Of a DNA stretch of 43,846 nucleotides, positions 31,609-40,873 are shown in pieces. The notes beneath the pieces are model-generated. The model was given only the letters and a program-made list of their open reading frames with translations. It made no database searches and was not told where the DNA came from. How positions within the stretch are numbered: position 1 is the first letter of the stretch; each line of letters begins with the position of its first letter. Position numbers and translations under genes: made by a program. The stretch comes from a virus. The stretch lies in IMG/VR virus record IMGVR_UViG_3300037421_000071; one strand, 5' to 3'.

Positions 31609-32648
31609 ATCGACTCATCCCGCCCCGGCTGGAAATAGAGTGCAGAGGTCTCTGAGTCCTGCTCGCGCGCCATACTGAGAGAGACCTGATAGTTCTCCTC
31701 CATGTCGTGCGTCCACTCGGCATCGAACATGGACGCGATTTCCTTCGACAGCCCCCAGCACAGAGCCCGGTACCACTGCTGAGGATATTCGGGATTGTCC
31801 GAGGGACTGTTGAGATCCATCACGGAGCGCAGGTAAACGATATGCAGGTGCTTGGTGACATCCTGCGGGAAGCAGTCGAGGTACAGCACCCCGCCGCCCG
31901 TGATGACGGGCGCATAGAGACCGCTCCCGATCTGACTCTCGTAGTACACGGCAGTGGGGTCTGAGAGAAAGGTCGGCATCGACTTATTAGGAAGTGTCTC
32001 GTACTCCTGCAGCGTCATGAAATTGAGCGGCGTGTCGTTGTTGTTGACATCACGCAGAGAGGCTATGGAAGTACGAAAATCGAGCTGCAGCGGACGCTGC
32101 GCGGTCACGGTGTAGTTCCACACGGTAGTACCGGCCGTGACGTTGGCCGTCGCCGGAACGAGCGCCGCCATGGTGACCGTTGTAGCTGTGACCGGTCCCG
32201 CGAGACAGATGAAGCTATCGCCCGTCGAAAGCGTCATCACCAGAGTGTCATTCACCGTGACCTTGCTCTGGATGTTCTGCGAAGGATCGAACGAGAGGAT
32301 ATTGGTCCCGCCAGCGGTGAGGGCGTTGGTCACACTCGTCTGGTGGGTGCCGGTCGAGGTTGACACCCCGCCGGCCCAGGCATCGCTATTGCTGCCACCG
32401 AGGACGTACTTGTTCTTCTTGATCGAGAGAAAGAGCGCGCCACGCTGACGCGTCCACATCTTAAGTCCCGGAGCAAAATCCTGGGTCCCCTGCCACTGCT
32501 TCACCATCATGTTGAGTTTCAGCCCACAGTCCAACGTCTCCTGGGCGGTCATGATCTCGCCCTCACCGAGCGCGCCGACATTCATCATGGCGATGCGAAT
32601 GACGTCATCTCGCGCGACGGTGAAGCTGAACGTATTACTGAGCGCCAT
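31605..32648 (-). CDS. head-to-tail adaptor (P22 gp4-like) with inserted beta-rich domain (putative)
   Basis: 347 aa. The N-terminus ARDDVIRIAMMNVGALGEGEIMTAQETLDCGLKLNMMVKQWQ matches the pattern common to podovirus adaptor proteins. The middle ~100 aa are T/V/A-rich and Ig-like. Confidence 0.45.
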   Translation of the reverse strand: MALSNTFSFTVARDDVIRIAMMNVGALGEGEIMTAQETLDCGLKLNMMVKQWQGTQDFAPGLKMWTRQRGALFLSIKKNKYVLGGSNSDAWAGGVSTSTGTHQTSVTNALTAGGTNILSFDPSQNIQSKVTVNDTLVMTLSTGDSFICLAGPVTATTVTMAALVPATANVTAGTTVWNYTVTAQRPLQLDFRTSIASLRDVNNNDTPLNFMTLQEYETLPNKSMPTFLSDPTAVYYESQIGSGLYAPVITGGGVLYLDCFPQDVTKHLHIVYLRSVMDLNSPSDNPEYPQQWYRALCWGLSKEIASMFDAEWTHDMEENYQVSLSMAREQDSETSALYFQPGRDESI

Positions 32649-34216
32649 TACGCCGCCTTATCCTGCCGCTTATCGATGTAGGCGCGTATCGCATCCCAGG
32701 TGATGGAGGGATGCAGGTCCTCCTGGCACTGCGCGCACTTGGTTTCGGCTCCCTTCTGACAGTGCTTCCAGCCGTAGTGCATCTGGTGACAGGCCGGGGC
32801 GTAGTTCTTCCCCCGGCCGGGACAGCTCGTGTTCCTGGACCAGAGGGGGGTGGTACTCACCCAGTCGCGCGTGAGGTTTTCGTGACTCGAGTGTGAGAGA
32901 AACACCACTTTCGGCATCGGCTCACACGCCACCGAATTGAGTATCCCCGTCTCTCCACCCACGACGATATCCGCCGCCTGGGTGAAGGCGAGACTCTGAC
33001 GGATGTTCCACACCCCGCAGGTCCGGTGGACGCGAGTCTCGTTCTCCCACCCGGCCTCGAGCAGCTTGCCCTCGGGACCACCAACGAGAAACACGTGCAC
33101 GTCGGGATAGGAAATCATGATCCGCGCAACGATGGGGTCGAGATAGGGATAAGCCTTGTGGACGGACGAGCCCGCCAGTGCCCACACCAGGACATAGTCC
33201 AGGCCGGCGCGTTGATCCAGCGCCCATTTGCGTTCCGCAGGAGTCGGATAAAAACGGACCTGGGGCCGGTGCGGGACACCGGCGAGTTCGTGCTGGAACT
33301 CGAGATAGTTGCGATTCATCATCTTGTGACGCACATCGGGCGGCCACTCGTGCTGTGCATGTCCCGGCATGGCGAGAAAGGTTCCTTCGACCGATTCCGA
33401 GAGGTTCACGAACAGGTTGTATTTCTTGCGCTCGTGATCCCAGAACTCACCGAGACAGTGGTTAGGGACCTGGTCCTTGTCCTGTAGATAGAGATGATCG
33501 ATGTTAGGGTCGTGACGTACCGCGTCTACGCCCGGAGGAGATGAATAGAGCGTGACGTGATAACCCTGTTTCTTAAGTCCCGCAAACACCGATGAGGCTT
33601 GCAGCATATCCCCAAACGCTCCGTATCTCACGACTCCGGCGGTCTTTTTAGGCTTGGGATTACGGTAAGAGACAACCCGCCCTGATTCGGTCTTCTTAAA
33701 GACGTAGAGCCCTGAGTACTCATCGTCCTGATCGCGCAGTTGGTAAAGCACCAGTTCCCATCCACAGGTGACTGCATCCATGTAGTGAAGCAGGGTACAG
33801 TAATCTGGTTCCCATTTGTGGTCAGGATTACAGCCGTCATCTCCAATGTGTGGATAGAGCTTGCTATCAGGCAGGTAGAGCACGAGATGACCGCCGATCT
33901 TAAGGACACGGCACCACTCTTCCAGACACTTAGCTACGTTCTCGGGCTCGATGTGCTCAAGCGTGTGCGATGAGAACACGAAGTCGAGAGACGCCGTCGC
34001 GAAGATACCGAGGTCGAGACAGGTCTCGATCCTGATATCCGGCTTGATGATCTGGCCGAACATCTCGTGATGACAGTTATCCACTCCGATGAAGTGCGGA
34101 AAGCACTTGATCGGCCCGCAACCGATATCGAGGCCCTTCCCTCTCGTATAGGGGACGATCTCCCAGCGGCACTTCTGGGATTCGTTGCCTTTGGAGGTTT
34201 CCAGTGTCCAGGTCAT
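32648..34216 (-). CDS. fusion protein: class I SAM-dependent methyltransferase + glycosyltransferase family 9 (heptosyltransferase-like) + Cys-rich tail
   Basis: 522 aa. MTase motifs are GKGLDIGCGPIK, SLDFVFSSHTLEHI and LKIGGHLVLYLPD. GT9-like blocks are VVRYGAFGDMLQASSVFAGLKKQGYHVTLY, YVLVWALAGSSVHKAYP, VFLVGGPEG and IRQSLAFTQAADIVVGGETGILN. The tail reads C-x11-C-x10-C-x8-C-x2-C. There are 4-nt and 1-nt overlaps with the flanking virion genes. Confidence 0.7.
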   Translation of the reverse strand: MTWTLETSKGNESQKCRWEIVPYTRGKGLDIGCGPIKCFPHFIGVDNCHHEMFGQIIKPDIRIETCLDLGIFATASLDFVFSSHTLEHIEPENVAKCLEEWCRVLKIGGHLVLYLPDSKLYPHIGDDGCNPDHKWEPDYCTLLHYMDAVTCGWELVLYQLRDQDDEYSGLYVFKKTESGRVVSYRNPKPKKTAGVVRYGAFGDMLQASSVFAGLKKQGYHVTLYSSPPGVDAVRHDPNIDHLYLQDKDQVPNHCLGEFWDHERKKYNLFVNLSESVEGTFLAMPGHAQHEWPPDVRHKMMNRNYLEFQHELAGVPHRPQVRFYPTPAERKWALDQRAGLDYVLVWALAGSSVHKAYPYLDPIVARIMISYPDVHVFLVGGPEGKLLEAGWENETRVHRTCGVWNIRQSLAFTQAADIVVGGETGILNSVACEPMPKVVFLSHSSHENLTRDWVSTTPLWSRNTSCPGRGKNYAPACHQMHYGWKHCQKGAETKCAQCQEDLHPSITWDAIRAYIDKRQDKAA

Positions 34217-35823
34217 TGTTGCGGCGGATTGTCAGGAGTTCCGAGATTAGGGCTATATATACCGGTCGTTCCCATATCGGTTGAGTCTTTGTAGTTGCCT
34301 CCCGAGAACTGGTAGATGCGGTGATCGGGTGCCCGAAACTCTGACCCCCACGCGCGCGAGGCCATCTCGCCCCACGAGAAGGTCCGCGTGGTGACGGGTT
34401 TGCCGAGCTGAGGTGGTATGAAAAGCGGGGGCCCCGTACCCGGCGGCGGTGGCGGCGGAACAGTTAGGCCGAAAACGCCTTCAGTGAGAACCACGATCTG
34501 CGAACCGAGCTGCACCGTGAATGCGCCGGTATTCGAGAAGTTGAGCACTCCTTGAACCGAGGTGATCGTTTCGGCCGTCGGAAAATAGTCCGCTTCAAGT
34601 CCCAGCACTCCCATGCCTGCCGCGATGTTCTGAGAAGCTAGGGTGTTGGTAACATTGTTACCGGCCTGAGTGGAGATAGTCCCCTCAACGCTCACGATAT
34701 TCTGCGCCGCTAGAGCGGTCGCAAGACTCTGAGTGAGAGTCCCTTCGGTAGAGGCGAGAGTCTGCGCAGTCAGTGCCGGAGAAACCGACGGTGCAAGCGT
34801 CCCCTGACTCAAGCTGATGTCCTGACCGACCAGGATCACCTGGTTCTGGTCGAGGATGTACGAGATGTTATCGGCGAGGGTTCCCTCTTGGAACTGTGCG
34901 CTTTGCGCGCTCAACGACGTGGTAACGTCGTTATTGATCAATGGAGAAAGCGTGCCTTCCGCAGAAGTGATCGTTTGGCCGACAAGCGGTAACGCGGTGA
35001 ATATCAGCCCTTCGTTGATTGAGACGGTCTGCGCGGTAAGACTCGGGGAAAGCGTAGGGGCAACAGTACCGATCGTGTAAGTTGCGGTCTGCTGAGTCTG
35101 GGGGGCGGCTACATTAGTCCCGATTTGACCGGTACTGGAAGAAACCGTCTGCGCCGTAAGTGGTATTCCACCCAAAAACTGCAACGCAATGTGCGCTATC
35201 GGGACACCGACGCTGCCGCCAGAGCCTGCGCCGTTATCTATGAAAATGAACGGCCCACCGTTACCGTTTGAGGTGTCGGAGGTCGTGAAAGTAACCCCGA
35301 CTCCCGAGGTATCGGTTGTGGTGGCCCAACTAGCTATCGTGGTGAGATTGCCTGCCGCATCGACTACATGCCCGGAGGACCAGCCGTTAGGCAGAGAGAC
35401 CGTGAACAATGTGCCGTTAGAATCGCGTACGGTAAGACTCGCGATGCGTCCCGCCGGCACAGCATTCGTTGCATCACCGATAGCCAACCACAGCTTGTAC
35501 TGTCCAGCCGCGGCCCCCGCCTGAATCTTTATACTGAGTGGGTTAGCACCACCTGGGCTTTGATTACCGGCACAGCGCGCGTCAACGGAAGTGCTACGGT
35601 TACGGGCGCCATCGATATTGCCCGTAGTGACGCCGGTAGAAGTTACCACCCAGCCGCAGCTGAACGTATTACCGTTGATCGTCAACGGCCCGGGGCTAAA
35701 TGAGCCCGAGTATCCGGATATCGATGTCGAGGACGTGCTGACGAGTGCCCCGCAACCGGTGGGGTCGGTTACGTAAGCGAGTGTCTGCCGCAGATCAATA
35801 CCGGTTTTAGTAATCCAAGCCAT
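34213..35823 (-). CDS. tail fibre with ~11 imperfect ~20-aa S/T-rich repeats
   Basis: 536 aa. After an N-terminal globular ~220 aa come repeats of the form L-(T/S/A)-A-Q-x-(I/V)-x-S-x-(E/Q)-G-(T/V)-L, such as LTAQTVSINEGLI, LVGQTITSAEGTL, LSAQSAQFQEGTL, LTAQTLASTEGTL and LAAQNIVSVEGTI. These are followed by a PPPPPPG tract and a C-terminal domain. Confidence 0.65.
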   Translation of the reverse strand: MAWITKTGIDLRQTLAYVTDPTGCGALVSTSSTSISGYSGSFSPGPLTINGNTFSCGWVVTSTGVTTGNIDGARNRSTSVDARCAGNQSPGGANPLSIKIQAGAAAGQYKLWLAIGDATNAVPAGRIASLTVRDSNGTLFTVSLPNGWSSGHVVDAAGNLTTIASWATTTDTSGVGVTFTTSDTSNGNGGPFIFIDNGAGSGGSVGVPIAHIALQFLGGIPLTAQTVSSSTGQIGTNVAAPQTQQTATYTIGTVAPTLSPSLTAQTVSINEGLIFTALPLVGQTITSAEGTLSPLINNDVTTSLSAQSAQFQEGTLADNISYILDQNQVILVGQDISLSQGTLAPSVSPALTAQTLASTEGTLTQSLATALAAQNIVSVEGTISTQAGNNVTNTLASQNIAAGMGVLGLEADYFPTAETITSVQGVLNFSNTGAFTVQLGSQIVVLTEGVFGLTVPPPPPPGTGPPLFIPPQLGKPVTTRTFSWGEMASRAWGSEFRAPDHRIYQFSGGNYKDSTDMGTTGIYSPNLGTPDNPPQQ

Positions 35824-35832
35824 CTACAACTC

Positions 35833-37899
35833 TTACGGCAAAAAGACCGGCGCGGGCGCGCACATGGCGTGCGTACCAAAGCGGGGATTCATGATGACTT
35901 CCATTCCGACGGCGGTGAGTTGGGTCGGCACGGTATAAGTCCAGGAGGGTCCGGTGTTGAGCGTCTGGAAGGCGGGCGATGAACCATCGTCGAATGCCCA
36001 CATTACATCCATCATGCCCGCGGCGTGACACGCCCCGCGGATATCTACCACGCTGCAGAGAGTTGGGGAGGGCCCGCTTCCGAGGCCCGCGCTGTACTCG
36101 GTGATCGCGAAAGCGATGCCCGATTGCGTCAGCGATTGAAATGACGCTACGAGACGATCGATGTGATGCGCGATGGCAGTACCCGATGGAACAGCCACTC
36201 CACCGCCAGAATATGTCCCGGTGGGGGCTGATGACAGCGGGATGGTCCACGCGCCCGATGATCCGGCTTGACCGTTGGAGGTCGTGGCGTGATCGCCGTT
36301 TACTGTAGTAGTTCCAGTCGCTCCGCTCACATACACCGGGTTGACGTTCGCAAATATCCCGGTGGGGCTGAAGGGATGATGCGTAGCGGAATCGAATACT
36401 GAGATCGTAGACCCACTCACATTCGAGATACGCGCGGCGTAGTTGTTCGTGCGTCCATAAGCGTGATAGCTGAAGACGCAGTTCTGCAGCGGATCAGACT
36501 GACCGACAGCGACTGCGAAACTCTGGTATGTAACGTTATCTTGACCGAAGCTCGGGGCATCGATAAAGATCGGCTCCGTGTAACCCGCTGCCCGCAACAT
36601 TCCAATAGCGCCGCCGGAAAGAGTCCCGGCACTCGTGTAGCCCGACACATCCCCGACGTTGGTCGCTGTGACCGTCCACGCACCTTGTGCGCCGCCAGTT
36701 CCTGAAATCTGGATTGCCTTGTTGATATTCCCGCCACCGAGATAGACGTAGCCGATAACGGAAGCATTAGCGAAGGGGTGTGTCGCGGCATTGGAATTGA
36801 GCGTGATCGTAGTCCCTGCCACGCTCGCAATCGGGATCTGATTCACCGCCTGATAGGCGCTCTGCCATGACGCTCCGTTCGGCCCCCACTCGTTCGCGAC
36901 ATTGATGCCGGAACGGTTGTGAAGCGCCGTTCCGTTGAACGTTGCGACGTTATCGCACCACCAGGCTGCGATAGTACCCATGTCCGTAACCGTGGTGCCG
37001 CCTGAAAGGAACGTCGTGGTACCCGGCACGAGGAACATCGTGAAGATCACGAACTGCTTGTTGTTGGTATGGTCATTGACCGCGATGCTGGAATACCCCG
37101 TCATAGTGCTGGAGTTCGCCGGGATCGTCCCGCGGAAGTCGGTGCGATACATCGTATAACGCACGACCGAGCAGCCCGCGGTGACACCGGCAGCCGCCGC
37201 ACCGCTTGAATTGAAAATGTCGCGATTGAGCCCCGAGAATATTTCGCCAACTCTGAACCCACCCGGATCGCAGAACTGGCCCGTGGTATCGACGAAGAAA
37301 CCCGAGGCCGTGTTTGCGGCAGGCCGCGTGCCTGTTGATGCACCTCCGACATTGAGAGCGGCCGTAACAGCCGTCGTATTCGATCCGCTATCGACACACT
37401 GAAGCGTGAAGGACGGATTCCCGGATTGTGTCGGAGTTCCGGTGAATAGTCCTCCAGCGCTCATCGATATCCCCGCAGGAAGTGCGCCGGAGACTACCGA
37501 GAACACTTGACCTGCTCCGGTGCCGCCGTCACAGGGTCGGAGTTGGTGCCAGTACTTGCGTCCGACTCTCGCGTTAGGGAGCTTGATGCCGTTATTGAGA
37601 CGGTCGATCCCGGCAAACTGAATAGCCGCAGTCGTCGTGATGCTGAGCGTTACAGCCGCCGAGGCATTGTTCTCGCAGTCGACACACTGCACCGTAACGG
37701 TATCGGTAGAGAGTGCTGTCGGCACGCCATAGAGCCAGCCGGAAGCCGTCACCGTCCATGTGTTCGAGCCGGTGTTGGCCGTCTTAACCCAATAGATGTA
37801 GGGCGGTGCGCCGCCCTTGGCGGTGAGCTGGTAAGCATAGACGCCATTCTGAGCCGCAGTAGGAAGCGCAGTTGGGGTTTGGACCGTAAGCGTACTCAT
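35833..37899 (-). CDS. tail enzyme: two He_PIG-type Ig domains + GH5-like (beta/alpha)8 glycoside hydrolase
   Basis: 688 aa. The N-terminus has two Ig-like units (GVYAYQLTAKGGAPPY...ASGWLYGVP and GRKYWHQLRP...GGLFTGTP). GH5 hallmarks appear in order: INVANEWG (acid/base N-E), VFSYHAYG (H-x-Y) and AFAITEYS (nucleophile E). Confidence 0.6.
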   Translation of the reverse strand: MSTLTVQTPTALPTAAQNGVYAYQLTAKGGAPPYIYWVKTANTGSNTWTVTASGWLYGVPTALSTDTVTVQCVDCENNASAAVTLSITTTAAIQFAGIDRLNNGIKLPNARVGRKYWHQLRPCDGGTGAGQVFSVVSGALPAGISMSAGGLFTGTPTQSGNPSFTLQCVDSGSNTTAVTAALNVGGASTGTRPAANTASGFFVDTTGQFCDPGGFRVGEIFSGLNRDIFNSSGAAAAGVTAGCSVVRYTMYRTDFRGTIPANSSTMTGYSSIAVNDHTNNKQFVIFTMFLVPGTTTFLSGGTTVTDMGTIAAWWCDNVATFNGTALHNRSGINVANEWGPNGASWQSAYQAVNQIPIASVAGTTITLNSNAATHPFANASVIGYVYLGGGNINKAIQISGTGGAQGAWTVTATNVGDVSGYTSAGTLSGGAIGMLRAAGYTEPIFIDAPSFGQDNVTYQSFAVAVGQSDPLQNCVFSYHAYGRTNNYAARISNVSGSTISVFDSATHHPFSPTGIFANVNPVYVSGATGTTTVNGDHATTSNGQAGSSGAWTIPLSSAPTGTYSGGGVAVPSGTAIAHHIDRLVASFQSLTQSGIAFAITEYSAGLGSGPSPTLCSVVDIRGACHAAGMMDVMWAFDDGSSPAFQTLNTGPSWTYTVPTQLTAVGMEVIMNPRFGTHAMCAPAPVFLP

Positions 37900-40853
37900 G
37901 GATTCACAATGTTGATCGTAAAGGTCGCCGTGACGGATGCGTTCGTCACGGTATCCGTAAGCCGCACCACGACCGTCTCGGGGACATTCCCCTGACTAGC
38001 GTTGTCGTATTGCGGAGTTCCGAAGATATTTCCGCTAGCGCTGATGTAGAGCCACAGGTGTTTGTTGGGTGAGGCGGATTCGATGTTCCACGCATAGCTA
38101 CCCGAACCACCCGAAGCCGAGAGCGGGGCAGAATACGGTACGCCTACGGTCGCATTCGGAAGCGTTGCGCCAGTCGGGAATCCACTCGGATAGGCCGTCT
38201 GAGTGAGCTTATTCGCGGGGTTCTGCAGTACCGGTAGTACAACCGTCGCCCAGTCTCCACCGGCAGCGGTTGAGGACTTCATCCAGAATACGTAGCTATA
38301 TCCCTGCTGAACGCAATAGGTCGCGATCCGCTGAGCGGCGGTCCCAAGCGCTCCGGTCCCTGTGTTGTAATCGGGGTCCTGCACCTGATACATGCCGGGG
38401 AGTTTCCCAACCTGGGAACTGGTTCCGGCTAGTGCTCCGGCGAACGCCGCCTGCCCCATCGTGGTGTAGGGGTATGACGTCCCGCTGATCGTCACCGTGG
38501 GATTGGCGTAGATGTCGGGTCCGCCGAACCCGGTGCCCGCAGACACCATTGCGTTATAGGCTGCCTGAGCGGTGGGTATGTCGTAGGTCGGCAGTTGGTT
38601 GAAGTCGGGCGCGAACGGCGTCTTCACCCACGCCGCGGCGCAGTTTTGAATCAGATTGAGCTGTGCGGATTTCCAAGTCGCGTCGGTATAGGTGTATTTC
38701 CCGGGGAACTGAGTCAGGATCGGCCCAAGTCCTGAGTGGTCGGTTTCCTCACTCATCAAGATCGCAGTGACTGTGGGATTGCCATCCACGAGGGCAGCGA
38801 GCCCCTGGTGAAGTGCAATGATGCGATCGCGTACCGCGGGTACCCACTCAGCCGCACGAGTGACATTGACACTCGTCCCCGTGCCATCGTAATAACCGGG
38901 TCCGCCGTTCACCCCGGTCGCAGAGAAACTATTGGAGTAATTCGGGTCCGCTACGTTGTAGAGATACGACGGAAGAATCTCGGTGTGACCACTCGATGAG
39001 AAGTAGTCTGTGGGACAGATCGCAAGGTATTTACCGATGCTTGCGAGATAAGTGATGTCCTGATCGATCTGGGAATAGCTCAACGTGTACTGACCAAAGG
39101 AAGTACCCGAAGCCGCGTGTTCGAGGAATCCCCACGGCTCGCGCAGCATGACGCCGATGATCTGCGGATTACTGAGTCCGTTCGATCCCCACACCTGCTG
39201 ATAGAGCGATTGCCTGAAGGCCGACGTGGTCGGCGCCCCGCCGCTAGCGACGCCGCCGTTTTCGAGCGTGAAGTAGAGACCAGGTTGCCAGTCCCTCAAA
39301 GCCGTCGAGATGGCAAGTGTCGACGCCGCGAAATTGCAGCCGATCGACTTACCCGAGCCATCGGCCGCTAGTCCGCTCGCGTTCAGGGCTCCGCAGGGCG
39401 TCCCACCTTGCCCCGTAGTGAGCGCAACGCCAGCAGGGGTCCAGCTCGGAATGTCCGGCGCTCCGTTTGCCAATGCATCCGGGCCCACGCCGTTTGCATA
39501 AGGAATCGAGCCGGCACCAGTCGCTGAAAGCAGCACGCCGTTGAGTTCGTACCCGAGCCCCCGCATCTGCGCGAAGGAACTGATCGTGCCCGAGATATTG
39601 AAATGCACGCCGCCGGAGTTGCCGCCATAGACGTTGTTATTAAGGATGCCGATTCCGGGTCTGTGTGGCTGAGCCACGCCATTGATGTCATAGGACACCA
39701 TATAAGTGCCGTAGCCGTTCGGGTTCCAAGTGAGATTGTTATAGAGATTGATAACGCCCGAGGCTGTATCGCAGGTACCGGTAAATTCACCCTCAACATT
39801 CCCGGCACACCACGTGTTGTTGTAAAGATTAACAGTGCCTTGGTTGTTGACATTACTGCTAAAGGGATAAGACGCTACCGCATTAGTGCAGATATTGTGA
39901 TGAATGTTTTGCGTCGCGCCAACGGCGGTAGTCGCCTGCAAAATAGAGTAGGAGAGCGAGGTACGTCCGGAAGGGTTACCAAACACATTAGCCCCAAGAT
40001 AGTTATAACTCACCTCCATCGTTCCGGTCGGGAAGGTATCCTTAAATCCTATCGCGGGCGCACAATTGTAAGTAGTGTTATTTTGGATCGTTGCGCTATC
40101 GATACTGCCAATGGCTAGGAACCCATAGAACCCGTAATAAAAACTCCCGGTACTTGTCAGATCGTGAAGCAGGTTGTTATTGACTATTATTCCGGTAGTG
40201 CCATTGGTGCCGATTGCGCTGGGATTGTTTCCCGAGATTGTCGTGCCAGCGTTGTCGTGCAGATGACAATTGATGACCTTACAGCCGGGGATCCCCATGG
40301 GAACCCCGTTGCGATACAGCGTGATCGCGCCGCTCGTGAAGTGGGTGATCTCGAGCCCATCGAACACCACATAGCCCCAGTTCGGCGGAGCTGTGCTAGA
40401 ACTCGATTGACCGAACAGTGCGCACTCAACCGTCGGTAATGTCCCGGTGCCAGGCTGTGCACAATCGAACTTCGCCGAGCGGGCGAGATAGTTCCCGTTC
40501 GTGTCGCAGCAGCAGATGTAAGTCGGATTGCCTGGCGTTCCGCCGTTCGTCACAAACCTAGCACCACCCCCGCCACTCTGTATCAGGGAATAGATCGAGG
40601 TGATGATCCCGTTTGAAGTCGTACTCTGATAGAGGCCAGGAAGTAGCCCAATGGCCTGACCGGAATAACTCGCGGCCCCATAAATGGGATTATTTGTAGG
40701 TTTACTATTGAACGCCTGCAGCGACCAGGGATTAGCGAGCGTGCCGTTGCCGAGAACATCATCCCCCGTCGCCGAGATAAAGAGCGTGGGAACCGGCGCT
40801 CCGCTGGAGACTGACCCGGAAATGAGGTTGCCGATTACAGTTGAGATGCGCAT
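37896..40853 (-). CDS. large tail spike: right-handed parallel beta-helix + second C-terminal domain + He_PIG Ig domain
   Basis: 985 aa. The entry motif is LFISATGDDVLGNGTLANPW. PbH1-like turns recur (INCHLHDN, IVNNNLLHD, IQNNTTYN, IHHNICTN, NLYNNTW, INLYNNLTW, ILNNNVYGG). The C-terminus ends with GVPYSAPLSASGGSGSYAW...ASGNIFGTP. Its stop overlaps the next ATG. Confidence 0.65.
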   Translation of the reverse strand: MRISTVIGNLISGSVSSGAPVPTLFISATGDDVLGNGTLANPWSLQAFNSKPTNNPIYGAASYSGQAIGLLPGLYQSTTSNGIITSIYSLIQSGGGGARFVTNGGTPGNPTYICCCDTNGNYLARSAKFDCAQPGTGTLPTVECALFGQSSSSTAPPNWGYVVFDGLEITHFTSGAITLYRNGVPMGIPGCKVINCHLHDNAGTTISGNNPSAIGTNGTTGIIVNNNLLHDLTSTGSFYYGFYGFLAIGSIDSATIQNNTTYNCAPAIGFKDTFPTGTMEVSYNYLGANVFGNPSGRTSLSYSILQATTAVGATQNIHHNICTNAVASYPFSSNVNNQGTVNLYNNTWCAGNVEGEFTGTCDTASGVINLYNNLTWNPNGYGTYMVSYDINGVAQPHRPGIGILNNNVYGGNSGGVHFNISGTISSFAQMRGLGYELNGVLLSATGAGSIPYANGVGPDALANGAPDIPSWTPAGVALTTGQGGTPCGALNASGLAADGSGKSIGCNFAASTLAISTALRDWQPGLYFTLENGGVASGGAPTTSAFRQSLYQQVWGSNGLSNPQIIGVMLREPWGFLEHAASGTSFGQYTLSYSQIDQDITYLASIGKYLAICPTDYFSSSGHTEILPSYLYNVADPNYSNSFSATGVNGGPGYYDGTGTSVNVTRAAEWVPAVRDRIIALHQGLAALVDGNPTVTAILMSEETDHSGLGPILTQFPGKYTYTDATWKSAQLNLIQNCAAAWVKTPFAPDFNQLPTYDIPTAQAAYNAMVSAGTGFGGPDIYANPTVTISGTSYPYTTMGQAAFAGALAGTSSQVGKLPGMYQVQDPDYNTGTGALGTAAQRIATYCVQQGYSYVFWMKSSTAAGGDWATVVLPVLQNPANKLTQTAYPSGFPTGATLPNATVGVPYSAPLSASGGSGSYAWNIESASPNKHLWLYISASGNIFGTPQYDNASQGNVPETVVVRLTDTVTNASVTATFTINIVNP

Positions 40854-40873
40854 CGGCTGCGCCCCTCCGCGCC

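Noticed and set aside
34213-35823. Diversity-generating retroelement acting on the repeat fibre (BPP-1-like gene order suggested it)
   Set aside because: No reverse transcriptase ORF and no template/variable repeat pair with A-specific differences could be found. The repeats are degenerate at the protein level only.
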